From the NCBI GenBank assembly GCA_963668025.2, contig CAXXTH010000018.1, positions 96,001-160,000 on the forward strand: DNA of 64,000 nucleotides, in the 5' to 3' direction. Positions 1 to 10,982 of this stretch are shown one piece after another. The stretch's first letter is position 1; each line of letters opens with the position of its first letter. Below the pieces are notes generated by a model, which did not search any database, was not told the DNA's origin, and saw only the letters and a list, made by a program, of their open reading frames with translations. The position numbers and the translations under genes are program-made. The DNA is from Candidatus Hydrogenedentota bacterium (GTDB lineage Bacteria; Hydrogenedentota; Hydrogenedentia; Hydrogenedentales; SLHB01).

Positions 1-24
1 GTAATAAACCGCTGCACCAGCAAT

Positions 25-60
25 AAGGCCTCCGGACGCTGCCGCATCCGGAGGCCTTTT
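25..60. terminator. Intrinsic terminator-like hairpin downstream of the GH78 gene
   Basis: AAGGCCTCCGGA...TCCGGAGGCCTT 12-bp stem with T-run on the + side and A-rich flank on the other; 10 bp from the stop codon of the 71..2938 gene. Confidence 0.75.
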
Positions 61-70
61 GATTCTGGTT

Positions 71-2938
71 CTATATCTTGTCGCCGTTGAACACTACTTC
101 CAAACCTTGCAGGGCGTCGTTGGACTCAAAACGGAGAGCCACTCCCTCCGGCGCATTCGCATCGATCACCAACTGTTCGCCATCAATCCGCCAGGATACG
201 GATACCGGACCCCGGACGGACGCGGTCACGCCGCGCGCCCAGCGCAAGCCATTCGGGCGCGGGCTAATGACGTACGCCGCGCCGCCTGGCTCCGCTTGGC
301 GGATGCCAAGCACAATGCGGTTGAGGAAATGTATAGGAGCAGCCGACCAGGCGTGTGTGTGGCTACGCGTGGGGAAGCCGCCGCTTCCGGTCGTGCCCGT
401 GCTGAAGCTTTCCCATACTGTCGTGGCGTCATGATCCAGCATGGGCTGGTAGCTGTCCCGCACCATTTGAATGATCTGATCCGGCTTGCCTGATTTTTCA
501 AGCGCCTCGAATAGATACATCATGGCGAATGGCGAACCGACTTTAAGCATGCCTTCCGGCGGTTCGAGCGTGTTTTGCAGCGCTTTTTCCCGGCGTGCGC
601 CCTCCACGATATCGTAGAGAACAGCAAGAAAACTGGTGTGCTGGCAGATGCTTGGGCTGATGGAACCATCATCACGAACGGCGTCTGGGAACGCCCCTTT
701 CGATTCATCCCACAACGCGTTAATGGCGCTCACCAATTCATCCCGGCGCGCGCGATAGGGCGCGATGGAGTCCTCTTCCCCCAGCACCTCGGCGCATTGG
801 ATTGCGGCATTGATCGCTCCCACGAGGAACATGCTATTGTGCAGCACGGTGCGCTGCTCGTCATCCACCTTCACCCAATCGAACATGTTCCACGCGGACA
901 CACTGAAAAGGCCCCGTTCATCCTTGAACGTGTCCGCGCCATCTAGATTCTTCAGCACCCACGGCCACACCGCGCGCAGGAATTCCTTATCGCCGGTATA
1001 ATAGTAATAATCCCATACGGAAATGCCCCATAAAAAACTCCAAGCGGGCAGCAGGACGCCCCAAGACGAGGGCACCTGGCACAGGACGATGGGATAGTCT
1101 TCCAACGATTCGCCAGTAAGGCGAATACAGCGTGCGGCCAGATCCTCCGCGCCAAATGCGGTGTAGGCGAATAGGGATTCATTGCGCGCATCGCCCACCC
1201 AGAGGGTTTGCTCGTAGAGCGGGCAATCCGTGAACGTATCTTCCATGCACAATTTCAGTGTCCGCGCCGAAATATCCCATATGCGGCCCAGCGACGGATC
1301 GCTGCACGAGAACGAGCCCACGTGTTCGACCGGATACGTGGATTCAATGAGTTGGAATTGCCGGATACGCACCGGGGCTTTCTGGTTGCGCAAGGTAATA
1401 TAGACAAAGCGCTGTGAGCGGCGCTTGAGCGAAATGAAGTGATTCACCCCTTTTTTCGTGGTGTACCGCATCGAATTGCGATACGGCGTAGTATGCTGTA
1501 AACGTCCGTCTTCGGAGATGTATTCGATTCCAGCCACATCCACGATGACGCCCGCATCGGCGATTAAGTCGAACGTATAATAACCGCAATTTTGTTCGCC
1601 CAAGTCATAGGCCAATTCAATATCGCCTTCGGAACTCGGCTCGATGGACGTATAATCGCTGTTGTCATAAAGAAGCCCCACGGGATTCTTCACATTAGCC
1701 GCCGCATCGGCGATTACCTCTCGTTCAACGAATTGCTCGTGGGCCTCTTCGGACAAAACGCCTTCCGCAGGCAAAGTTTCCACCTGCGCGCCAAGCCGTT
1801 CACGGAAAGAATCGATATCCTTTACTGCGTCACGCACGCTCGTTAGTTCAGCACTAATCGCGTCACGCAACGCTTTCTGCTCTTCCTCGGGCAACTGGGC
1901 AAACCGATAATCTTCTTCTACATAATCCGAGCCTTTCAACCGGGCCAGGCACCATGCTCCTGCCTGGCTGGCGTCAAGCGGATTGCGCAAAGTGAACCCC
2001 TCTTTGTCGAGGAAGCGTATCCATACATCCTTCGTCCAATGGCTGAAAGAATGGGTCACGAGCGCAAGCAGGATGTTTTCACCTTTATGAAGCGGATAAA
2101 CACCATCCGTACCAGCCCGGCCATTCACAAAAACAGATACGCCTCTGCAAGGTTTAATTGCGATAGTGCGGTCTTCTTCCGCCCAAATGCATGTAGCAAT
2201 CGCGCAAGCCGTCGAGACCTTCGCATTGGCCTCAATCAATCCAGGATGAAGAAGCCTGCAAACGGGAAAACCAAAGCACATCCAATCGCTTTTTACCACG
2301 GAAGCCCCGAGAAAGCGCTTAAACGCCACGGGAGTGCGTGTCAAAGGCGGGCAATCGCGAGGTGTCAAATCACGCCATGGCCCTTCCTGGGCCTTGTATA
2401 ACACGGCCGCCTTAGTGAACACTCCCGCGTTTTCATGGCGGGCGTCATATTGTTCATATGGCTCCATTTGCACACTAATTTTCGGCGTGTTGAATACAAG
2501 CTCACGGAAGGTCCGCACTTCCCAGCATGCATCAGTGGCGATACTTGTGCTCGAGCCATCTTGCCCCTCCACATTAAGCTGCGCTAAAAGGCCCGCTTGC
2601 AGTGGTTTCTGGTGGAAGGTGCCCACACCGAAATAACGGGCGATAACCTCGATTTTATTCTGCCCTTCATGTAAATAGGACGCCACATCGAGCATGTCAT
2701 ATTGATAATGGGAAGGCCAGCTTCGGCAAGGGCCATCGGCCACCCATACGCCATTGATATACAGGCGGTACCAGCTATCCGCCGTGATGGCAAGCTGCGC
2801 GGTTTGCACCGATTCCAAATAAAACTGGCGACGCGCTAACATAGCGTCATTATATCGGTTATAATTGTCCTGCTGGATCCAAATCCAATTGGCGTCCGTA
2901 ATTCGCACGTTTTTTTCAAATGAATCGTGAGTAATCAT
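71..2938 (-). CDS. Alpha-L-rhamnosidase (GH78 family)
   Basis: N-terminal ITADSWYRLYING; catalytic-region motifs DTFTDCPLYEQTLWVGD and ATTVWESF...SHTHAWS; ORF open to 3091, start placed at MITHDSF (2938) is uncertain. Confidence 0.85.
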   Translation of the reverse strand: MITHDSFEKNVRITDANWIWIQQDNYNRYNDAMLARRQFYLESVQTAQLAITADSWYRLYINGVWVADGPCRSWPSHYQYDMLDVASYLHEGQNKIEVIARYFGVGTFHQKPLQAGLLAQLNVEGQDGSSTSIATDACWEVRTFRELVFNTPKISVQMEPYEQYDARHENAGVFTKAAVLYKAQEGPWRDLTPRDCPPLTRTPVAFKRFLGASVVKSDWMCFGFPVCRLLHPGLIEANAKVSTACAIATCIWAEEDRTIAIKPCRGVSVFVNGRAGTDGVYPLHKGENILLALVTHSFSHWTKDVWIRFLDKEGFTLRNPLDASQAGAWCLARLKGSDYVEEDYRFAQLPEEEQKALRDAISAELTSVRDAVKDIDSFRERLGAQVETLPAEGVLSEEAHEQFVEREVIADAAANVKNPVGLLYDNSDYTSIEPSSEGDIELAYDLGEQNCGYYTFDLIADAGVIVDVAGIEYISEDGRLQHTTPYRNSMRYTTKKGVNHFISLKRRSQRFVYITLRNQKAPVRIRQFQLIESTYPVEHVGSFSCSDPSLGRIWDISARTLKLCMEDTFTDCPLYEQTLWVGDARNESLFAYTAFGAEDLAARCIRLTGESLEDYPIVLCQVPSSWGVLLPAWSFLWGISVWDYYYYTGDKEFLRAVWPWVLKNLDGADTFKDERGLFSVSAWNMFDWVKVDDEQRTVLHNSMFLVGAINAAIQCAEVLGEEDSIAPYRARRDELVSAINALWDESKGAFPDAVRDDGSISPSICQHTSFLAVLYDIVEGARREKALQNTLEPPEGMLKVGSPFAMMYLFEALEKSGKPDQIIQMVRDSYQPMLDHDATTVWESFSTGTTGSGGFPTRSHTHAWSAAPIHFLNRIVLGIRQAEPGGAAYVISPRPNGLRWARGVTASVRGPVSVSWRIDGEQLVIDANAPEGVALRFESNDALQGLEVVFNGDKI

Positions 2939-3347
2939 GGTAAATGTATCCTGTTGAGTCAGAGTTTCGCCGCAGGCTATTAATGAAGCGCTCCAGATCG
3001 CCGCAAGAATGCCATATCTACGATGGAAGGTTGTGAGATGAAGATGGGCAAACAGGTTTCTGTGCATATGTTGTAAGGCGTTCCATTTCATCGAGTACTT
3101 CCTTTACCGATATGGCGCAACAAAAACAGCTTTGACGGTACAGTACGCGAACAATAAAAGCAAATGGAAACACCATATAGATTCCATCTTTTCACAGGTT
3201 TCTTGGCTATACTAGGAATTATGGACGCTCCGGATGCGGCTTGAATCCCAAGATGCAGCCATGCACAATAACCCCGTTTTTCACTGCTGGGACGGCAGGA
3301 AAACAATAGCGAAACGTATGAACGCCTAATCCGGCAGGGAGAAACGA

Positions 3348-3959
3348 ATGAGCAGTGAGATCAAAAGTACAAATATCACATGGCACCACAGCGACATCAC
3401 CCGCGATGACCGTGAACGCCAGAACGGCCACAAGGCGGTTGTCCTTTGGTTCACAGGGCTTTCGGCATCGGGAAAATCCACCTTGGCCCACGCGGTGGAA
3501 AACGCCCTTTTCGAGCGCGGATGCCGCACCTATGTTCTCGATGGCGACAATATTCGCCATGGCCTGAACAAGAATTTGGGCTTTTCGCCAGAAGACCGTG
3601 AAGAGAATATCCGCCGCATCGGCGAAGTAGCGAAATTGTTCAATGATGCGGGCGTCATCGCCCTTACGGCTTTCATTTCCCCCTACCGGAGCGACCGCGA
3701 CAAAGCGCGGGCCGTGGCGGGAGAAGGCAATTTTATTGAAATATATGTAAAATGCGATATCCTAGTATGTGAAGAACGCGATCCGAAGGGCTTATATAAA
3801 AAAGCGCGCGCAGGGCAAATCCCGGAATTCACGGGCGTCTCGGCTCCGTATGAAGAACCTCTCACCCCAGAACTTATAGTAGACACCGGTGTAGAGAGCC
3901 TCGAAGAATCCACAGAAAAAGTGTTAAATCTGCTCCGCGAGCGCGGGATTGTTTCGTAA
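3348..3959 (+). CDS. cysC: Adenylyl-sulfate kinase
   Basis: [13 protein letters not shown]-loop, [34 protein letters not shown]. Confidence 0.97.
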   Translation: MSSEIKSTNITWHHSDITRDDRERQNGHKAVVLWFTGLSASGKSTLAHAVENALFERGCRTYVLDGDNIRHGLNKNLGFSPEDREENIRRIGEVAKLFNDAGVIALTAFISPYRSDRDKARAVAGEGNFIEIYVKCDILVCEERDPKGLYKKARAGQIPEFTGVSAPYEEPLTPELIVDTGVESLEESTEKVLNLLRERGIVS

Positions 3960-4065
3960 CGCCATCAATAATAAATACGCTAAACCATGTATTTAGCTGG
4001 GAAAACCACAAGATATTGCGGAGTGGTAGCCCATGTGCTACAATTAATCGTAAGATGAGAGGGGT

Positions 4066-6828
4066 ATGGAGATGCGCTTCGGCAAACGAAGCAAAAACTC
4101 ACTTTTCTGGGGGAAACAGTCGAAGTCTGCTTCTGATGATGCTGAATTTTCGCCTGTAGCTTCAGAAGAGAGAAGCGCTCTGCTTAACGGCGAGGAGAAA
4201 CCGGCTGCCATGCATGAGGAGCCTGTTCCAGCGGACTCAGGCCTCGGTGATCCTACCCAGCGGCTCTTGACGGCTCTCGGGCGTTTTCAACGGCATAAAG
4301 CCCGCGCCCAAGACGGCTTGCCACAGGAAGCATGGTCTGATGAATGCATGAAGCAGCTCATCAACGCGGTCGAAATCGCCATGACCCAAGGCTGGACGGA
4401 TGTCGTAAACACCCTTACGGACACGGCCCGGATCTTGCAGAGCTATGAGGATGTGGGTAAAGCCAGCCAATGCGTGCCGTTCTTAGGCGATAGCTATGAT
4501 ATTTTATGCTGGATGATCGGCGATCTCATCGTAGGCCAAGTACGCCCAGGCGCTATCGAGAAATGGCGGCAACGGTATGAACGGGCTATCGAAGAATTGC
4601 GCATGGCGGGCATTCCCCTCGTCCAGGATGAAGACGAAGAAGAGGCTCCAGAAAACCCTGCGCCTGCGGATGTCCAGACGCAGCAGACCGTCACGGAGAT
4701 TCCAATAACGCCGCCAGCCCCTCTCCTGGAACCACGTATTGAAAAGGAAGCGTTCAGCCACACGGGAACGCCTACAATATGGGAGAATGGCGAGCCGGTC
4801 GAAATGGATGAAGGCGATATCGAGGAGGAAGCATACAGCCTGCTGCTCGATGTGCCTTCGGAAGAACCTGAAGAAATAGTAGAGCCTGAAGAATTTCCAG
4901 AAACACTCCTGAAGGCCCCTGCCTTCCACGATATCGCTGAAACGGTGCAGCCAGAGCCTTCTCCACCGGTGGAAACCGAAGAGGAGGCCATTCCAGCCGA
5001 ACCTGAAGAAGCGGAAGCGAGCCTCTTTGATCAGCCTTATGCTGGTGAAACCGGTGCATTGGAGGAGCTGGAGACGCACGTTCCCGCCGCGTTCGAGCCA
5101 GAAACGCCCGCCGAGGAAACGTACGATGAACTTCCCACGGCGCTCGAGCCGGTTGAGGAATACGAGGAGATTGAAGAGCAGAAAGAAGAACAAGAAACGG
5201 GCGTCACTTTGGAAACAGCAGGATATGACGAGCTTGATCTTGCCGTCGAGGAAATCATACAAGGTTTAGGCCACTCGGCGCTTGGATTGTTGGATGAGCC
5301 GGAAGAAATCGCCCCAGAGCAGCCGCTTGCCTCCGATGAGCCTCCTGTCGAAACCCCCTTGTTCAAAGAATTCGCCAAAACAGACGCCCTGTCCGATGCT
5401 GAAGACTCTGAACAGGTGGAGAAAGAAGAAGAAAGCGTCTATGCCTCCAGCGTCACGGGCCGGCATGACCTGCCCCAGGAGGTGCGCGCCGCGCTAGATA
5501 ACTTATGCGATAGCATATCCCGGCTATCCGCTGATGAATATGGCGATGTGCGCGTGGCCGTGGACGAGATTGGCTCCGTGCTTGTCACGCTCGAACAATT
5601 CGCCAAAGAGCATGGCCGGGAAGGAGCCGTGCTGCCTTGCCTTGCCATGGGCCGTTTGGTCAGGCTCATCGGCGAACGTCAAGCCGTTCCCGACGAACGC
5701 TTTTTCGAACTATCCTATGCTTTTTGCAGCCTCTTTGGGGAGGCGGGCTCCACCTCGAACGACCCATCCGTTCAGCGATGGCTGGCGGAATGCGATGATC
5801 TACTGGTGAGCTGGGCGTTATCATCCCAGCGCAATCGCGGCCGGATTCCAGCCGAAACGAAAGAACCTCTCCGCCACGTAGTGGAAACGCCTTACAAACC
5901 TTCCAGCATGGCGAAACCACCATCGGAGGCATTAAGCCATTTGGAGCCTTTAGCGCCTTTGGCTGAAGAGAAACCTGTTTCCGCCGAACCGAAACCGGCA
6001 GAGGCTCCCGCACCGGAAGAACCTCAAGCCGAAGCCGCCGTGAGTTCCACGGAGCCCGCTATTTCCGATATCCACAGCGGCGCAAGCGGCGTAGCGCCAC
6101 GTATCATCGCCAGCCGGGAACCACGGACGCGCATGAGCGCTTCGACGACATACACCACACAAAACCTGCTCGAAACGGCACAGAAAGCCATCCAGCAAGG
6201 CAATACGACGAACGCAAAGCTTCTTGCCATGCAGGCGGCGGCGCAGATCGCGCTGGCCCAGGCCAAAGAGGCCGAAGGCATCGTCCAGCAAGCGGAACAA
6301 CGGCTAAAAGAGGGGGTCGAGAAAAGCGAACAGGCTACATTGCATGTACACCGCATTGAACAACAGGTAGCCGAATCAGAATCCGCGGTGGCGGAAGCCG
6401 AAACCGGCCTCATCCGCTCGATTGCCACCGCCAAAGAGGGCATGGCGGAACTCGAACACGTAGACGCCCTCATCAAAGAAATCGACAATCAGATACGAAG
6501 CCTTGAAGCCCAGCGCGAAGATGCGCTCCTGCGCAAGAAAAATACATCGGCCGCGCTTGGCCAGATGCAAGCCGCGGAAGCCCGCGCCAAACAAGAACTC
6601 GAACGGTATAAAAGCAGTGAAATGCAGGCGCGCGTCGCCCTCGAGGATGCGCGGCAAAACGCGACCGCCCTTGCGCGCAAACGGGCCGAAAACGCCGCCA
6701 CCATGGAAAAAGCCCGTGAATACCTCCTGCGCCAGCGCGACTCTTTAGCGGATATTGAAGAGACAATCGCCCAGATCTGCGCCAGCGAAGCGGCCAATGA
6801 AGAAAACCAAGGAAACCTCTTGTTTTAA
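4066..6828 (+). CDS. Large acidic hypothetical protein: two helical domains, Glu/Pro-rich linkers, C-terminal coiled coil
   Basis: 920-aa ORF with GAGGGG RBS; no family recognised with confidence. Confidence 0.75.
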   Translation: MEMRFGKRSKNSLFWGKQSKSASDDAEFSPVASEERSALLNGEEKPAAMHEEPVPADSGLGDPTQRLLTALGRFQRHKARAQDGLPQEAWSDECMKQLINAVEIAMTQGWTDVVNTLTDTARILQSYEDVGKASQCVPFLGDSYDILCWMIGDLIVGQVRPGAIEKWRQRYERAIEELRMAGIPLVQDEDEEEAPENPAPADVQTQQTVTEIPITPPAPLLEPRIEKEAFSHTGTPTIWENGEPVEMDEGDIEEEAYSLLLDVPSEEPEEIVEPEEFPETLLKAPAFHDIAETVQPEPSPPVETEEEAIPAEPEEAEASLFDQPYAGETGALEELETHVPAAFEPETPAEETYDELPTALEPVEEYEEIEEQKEEQETGVTLETAGYDELDLAVEEIIQGLGHSALGLLDEPEEIAPEQPLASDEPPVETPLFKEFAKTDALSDAEDSEQVEKEEESVYASSVTGRHDLPQEVRAALDNLCDSISRLSADEYGDVRVAVDEIGSVLVTLEQFAKEHGREGAVLPCLAMGRLVRLIGERQAVPDERFFELSYAFCSLFGEAGSTSNDPSVQRWLAECDDLLVSWALSSQRNRGRIPAETKEPLRHVVETPYKPSSMAKPPSEALSHLEPLAPLAEEKPVSAEPKPAEAPAPEEPQAEAAVSSTEPAISDIHSGASGVAPRIIASREPRTRMSASTTYTTQNLLETAQKAIQQGNTTNAKLLAMQAAAQIALAQAKEAEGIVQQAEQRLKEGVEKSEQATLHVHRIEQQVAESESAVAEAETGLIRSIATAKEGMAELEHVDALIKEIDNQIRSLEAQREDALLRKKNTSAALGQMQAAEARAKQELERYKSSEMQARVALEDARQNATALARKRAENAATMEKAREYLLRQRDSLADIEETIAQICASEAANEENQGNLLF

Positions 6829-6949
6829 ATGGGGATGAGATGCCTGTCACGGTAAGCGGCGAAATCCAGCGCATCGAACGTATAAATGCATACGGCTGTT
6901 TTGACGCCATAGGAACGATAGGCGCACATGAAATATAAAGGATGCCTCT

Positions 6950-8233
6950 TTGGGTAGGAAAGCCGTAAAGGCCGGGGTAGTGGATTTTGGTTCGCGGGAA
7001 ATTCGTGTATTAATCGCAAGCCAAAGCACGGACGGCGTTATTACGATTAATGGGCATGGAACAGCCCCAAGCCACGGTTGTGTCTCGCAAGGAGTCATCC
7101 AAGACCGCAACGCGGCGCAAGCCGCCTTCAAACGCGCATTGGATATGGCGGAAAAGGAAGCGCGCTGCCATGTGGGCTCTTTATTCTGCGGCATCAACGG
7201 GCGCAATGTGGATACGCTGATCCGGGAAGGCCGCGTCAAAATCCTGCGGGAAACCGTGGAACTCGAGCAGATGGCCGAAGCCCGTGATATCGCTTCCCGG
7301 GATGTGCTGGCTCCGGGCAAAACCCTCACTTCATCCATTACCGCACAAGAATGGTATGTGGATGACCTGCGCGTCATGAATCCCTTGGGTATTCGGGGTG
7401 AAATCTTAAAAACACGCATCCATTTCGCCCGAATCCCTGAAGCCATCGAAGAAAACATCGCTATCTGCATCGAATCACAGAAGCGCGAACTGGAAGACAT
7501 GATCTTCACTCCCCTCGCATCCGCGCTGGGATGCCTGACTCCGGAAGACATGGAATTGGGCGTGGCGGTCATTGACATGGGCCGCAGTACGACCGGACTC
7601 GCCGTATACCGTGATTTCCGTATCATGGGCACGGCTTCCTTCGAATGGGGCGGCTACCACCTTACCCGCGATGTGGCTGCGGGCCTGCAAATATCCTTTC
7701 GGGAAGCAGACGAGTTAATTCTTGAATATGGCATTTCCGATCATTTTATTCGCTCGGAATTCAAAGCCGACACGGAGCAGCCCGCCGGATTTATAAAAGA
7801 AGATACTCCGCGTATTAAGTTGAAAACAGCCGTTCCCGGCGCCCCAACTATCGTGGAACGGAGCGACCTTGACATGATCATTTACGAGCGGGCGAAAGAA
7901 CTCATGATTAAGGTGCGCCAGCACCTCCATGCGCGGGGATTGTCAAAAAACCTTGTTCGCGGAGTTGTCCTCACCGGAGGCGCCAGCGTCATCAAGAATT
8001 ATGTCGTCCTGGCTGAAGCCGTGTTTCAAGCCCCATCGCGCGTGGGATTTCCGAACACCATTGAAATAATGCCTAAGGCCGTGCAAACCCCCGAATTTTC
8101 CGCCGCCGTGGGCATTGTCCGGCACGCCTTTTATTACCGTTCCGCGGCCCGCAATGGACATATGGAACCTCAAGGCCGTGCTGTTTCCATGCTCAACCGG
8201 ATAGGACGTTTTATCAAACGCAATTTTTTATAG
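6950..8233 (+). CDS. ftsA: Cell division protein FtsA
   Basis: Actin-fold motifs VDFGS, GVAVIDMG, GVVLTGGAS; 1C subdomain (VMNPLGIRG); C-terminal amphipathic helix MLNRIGRFIKRNFL; TTG start. Confidence 0.9.
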   Translation: MGRKAVKAGVVDFGSREIRVLIASQSTDGVITINGHGTAPSHGCVSQGVIQDRNAAQAAFKRALDMAEKEARCHVGSLFCGINGRNVDTLIREGRVKILRETVELEQMAEARDIASRDVLAPGKTLTSSITAQEWYVDDLRVMNPLGIRGEILKTRIHFARIPEAIEENIAICIESQKRELEDMIFTPLASALGCLTPEDMELGVAVIDMGRSTTGLAVYRDFRIMGTASFEWGGYHLTRDVAAGLQISFREADELILEYGISDHFIRSEFKADTEQPAGFIKEDTPRIKLKTAVPGAPTIVERSDLDMIIYERAKELMIKVRQHLHARGLSKNLVRGVVLTGGASVIKNYVVLAEAVFQAPSRVGFPNTIEIMPKAVQTPEFSAAVGIVRHAFYYRSAARNGHMEPQGRAVSMLNRIGRFIKRNFL

Positions 8234-8409
8234 CGGCGCGGAAAAAGGCCGTTGATTCAAAAAGCCGCGCAGCCCATGAGCGAGCCACATGCCCATGCTG
8301 CCGCCTTTGGATTGTTCTCTGCGCCCAAATCAGGCACAATGTGTACAACTCCAATGTCCCCGGGGGGACAAGGGGAGGCAACGCAGCGGCCGTTTAAGGA
8401 GGATTCCAG

Positions 8410-10965
8410 ATGCCCACGATCTCACGGTTTACCGTGGTTCCAAAATTGCCCGAGCCGCTCGAACCGCTCCGGGCCATCGCATATAATTTCGCCTGGTGCT
8501 GGGAGCCTGAGGCCATTGCGTTGTTCTTCCGCATTGACCCAGACATGTGGGTAAAAACAAACCAAAATCCTATCCGCCTGTTGGGCGCTGTCAGCCAGGC
8601 CCGCTTGGAGGAATTAGCGGCGGACGACAGCTTCTGTTCTCATCTCGCGCGCGTGCAAGATATCATGAAGCGCTACATCGAAGCTGAAAGCTGGACGGAT
8701 AGAAATCCGAATGTGCCGCATGAATTCCAGATCGCGTATTTGTCCCTCGAGTTTGGCGTGCATGAATCTTTATCCGTCTATTCAGGCGGCCTGGGATTGC
8801 TGGCGGGTGATCATCTGAAATCAGCCAGCGATCTGGGCCTGCCACTCGTGGGCGTAGGGCTGCTATATCGCGAAGGCTACCACTCCCAATACCTCAACGC
8901 CGACGGCTGGCAGCAAGAGCGCTACCCACGCAACGATTTTTACAATATGGGAGTCACCCTTGTCCGCGGCGAAGATGGGAAGCCCCTCCTGATACCTGTC
9001 GAATATCCTCAACGCACCGTTCAAGCGCGGGTTTGGCTGGTAAATGTGGGCCGGGTTCCGCTTTATATGCTCGATTGCGATTTCGACGCCAATGACCCAA
9101 GCGACCGGCAAATGACCGCGCGATTGTATGGGGGCGACCCCGACATGCGCATCCGGCAGGAAATTCTCCTGGGCTTCGGGGCGGTGCGCTTGCTTCACGC
9201 CCTGAATATCTGGCCCAGCGTTTTTCATATGAATGAAGGCCATGCCGCCTTTATGACCCTCGAACGGGTCCGGCAACTCGTGGAAGACAAGGGCCTCAGC
9301 TTTGCGTATGCCTTGGAGTCCGTGAAGTCTGGCAGCGTATTTACCACCCATACGCCCGTTCCAGCGGGCAATGACATGTTCAACCCTGAAATGGTCGAGT
9401 ATTATTTCCGGGAATATGTCCGGGATATCGGGATTTCCATGAACGATCTGCTGGCCCTAGGCAGGCAAGATCCTCATGATAATCACGAACCATTTTGCAT
9501 GACTGTCCTGGCGCTTCGCCTATCCGCCGCAGCCAATGGGGTAAGCAAACTACATGGCGAAGTCGCGCGCGGCATGTGGAACCGCACATGGCAAGATGTG
9601 CCTACGGACGAAGTGCCTATTACCCATATCACCAATGGCGTCCATACCCGGTTCTGGGTGTCGCGCGACATGGCAAGCCTGTATGACCGGTATCTTGGCC
9701 CAGCCTGGATCAACAATCCAGCCGATCCAAATGTTTGGGCCAATATCGACAGCGTGCCTGATCCTGAGTTGTGGCGCACCCATGAACGGCGGCGTGAACG
9801 CATGGTGAATTTCGCCCGCCGCAGGCTCGCTGGCCAGCTACAGGAACGCGGCGCATCCCATACCGAATTGCAGGCCGCGTCCGAAGCCCTTGACCCGGAA
9901 ACGCTCACGATAGGTTTTGCGCGGCGTTTCGCCACATATAAGCGTGCGAATCTTTTGCTTGCGGACCGCGAGCGGCTGGCGCGCATTTTGTCGAATTCCC
10001 ACGGGCCCGTGCAGATGATCATCGCGGGGAAAGCCCATCCCGCCGATAACCAAGCCAAGGAGCTCATCCGGAATATCATTCATTTTGTGCGCGACTTTAA
10101 CATGCGCAACCACGTGGCCTTTATCGAAGACTACGACATCAATGTCGCCCGCTACATGGTGCAGGGCGTGGATTGCTGGCTCAATACGCCTCTGCGCCCC
10201 CAGGAAGCCAGCGGCACCAGCGGAATGAAAGTAGCCGCCAACGGCGGATTGAATATCAGCATTCCCGACGGATGGTGGTGTGAGGCCGAAATACTCGGTG
10301 AGAACGGATGGAGCATAGGAGGCGGTGAAACGTACGGGGATCACGAGGAGCAAGACCGGGTCGAAAGCCAAATGCTCTACGAGCTCCTGGAACGCGATAT
10401 TGTCCCCCGCTTCTACGAACGCGGGCGCGATGGGGTTCCCCGGCGCTGGATAGAAATGATGAAGACTTCCATCAAGACGATCTGCCCCATTTTTAACACC
10501 CACCGCATGGTGAGCGAGTATGCTGAGAAATTTTACATTCCTTGCACGCTGCGGCGGAATCTGTTTACTAAAGATAATAGGGCCCGCGCGAAGCAACTCG
10601 CCGACTGGAAAGCGAAAATTCGTGATGCATGGGGCAAAGTGAAGGTGGCCAAAGTCGAGTCGGGTCCGGTCGAAAGCCTGCCTTTCGGCTCGAAACTGAA
10701 TGTGCGCGCTAGTTTGGCCCTCGCTGGGCTCAGCACGGATGACGTAACGGTTGAGATTTATTATGGCCCGATGGATCCCTCCGGAAGAATCATTACCGGC
10801 AAGGCAATAGAGATGCATCCCGTGGGCGAGTCCAATGCCCTTGCCGAATTCGCTGGCGATATTGTCTGCGATCTTACGGGGCAACTGGGATTTAGCGTGC
10901 GCGTCATTCCAAGTCATCCCGACTTAGCCCAGAAGCACGAGACGACACTGATTACCTGGGCTTGA
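8410..10965 (+). CDS. glgP: Alpha-glucan (glycogen) phosphorylase
   Basis: YSGGLGLLAGDHLKSASDLG, HMNEGH, FARRFATYKRA, PLP site EASGTSGMK. Confidence 0.97.
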   Translation: MPTISRFTVVPKLPEPLEPLRAIAYNFAWCWEPEAIALFFRIDPDMWVKTNQNPIRLLGAVSQARLEELAADDSFCSHLARVQDIMKRYIEAESWTDRNPNVPHEFQIAYLSLEFGVHESLSVYSGGLGLLAGDHLKSASDLGLPLVGVGLLYREGYHSQYLNADGWQQERYPRNDFYNMGVTLVRGEDGKPLLIPVEYPQRTVQARVWLVNVGRVPLYMLDCDFDANDPSDRQMTARLYGGDPDMRIRQEILLGFGAVRLLHALNIWPSVFHMNEGHAAFMTLERVRQLVEDKGLSFAYALESVKSGSVFTTHTPVPAGNDMFNPEMVEYYFREYVRDIGISMNDLLALGRQDPHDNHEPFCMTVLALRLSAAANGVSKLHGEVARGMWNRTWQDVPTDEVPITHITNGVHTRFWVSRDMASLYDRYLGPAWINNPADPNVWANIDSVPDPELWRTHERRRERMVNFARRRLAGQLQERGASHTELQAASEALDPETLTIGFARRFATYKRANLLLADRERLARILSNSHGPVQMIIAGKAHPADNQAKELIRNIIHFVRDFNMRNHVAFIEDYDINVARYMVQGVDCWLNTPLRPQEASGTSGMKVAANGGLNISIPDGWWCEAEILGENGWSIGGGETYGDHEEQDRVESQMLYELLERDIVPRFYERGRDGVPRRWIEMMKTSIKTICPIFNTHRMVSEYAEKFYIPCTLRRNLFTKDNRARAKQLADWKAKIRDAWGKVKVAKVESGPVESLPFGSKLNVRASLALAGLSTDDVTVEIYYGPMDPSGRIITGKAIEMHPVGESNALAEFAGDIVCDLTGQLGFSVRVIPSHPDLAQKHETTLITWA

Positions 10966-10982
10966 CAGGGCGGTTCGAGCAT

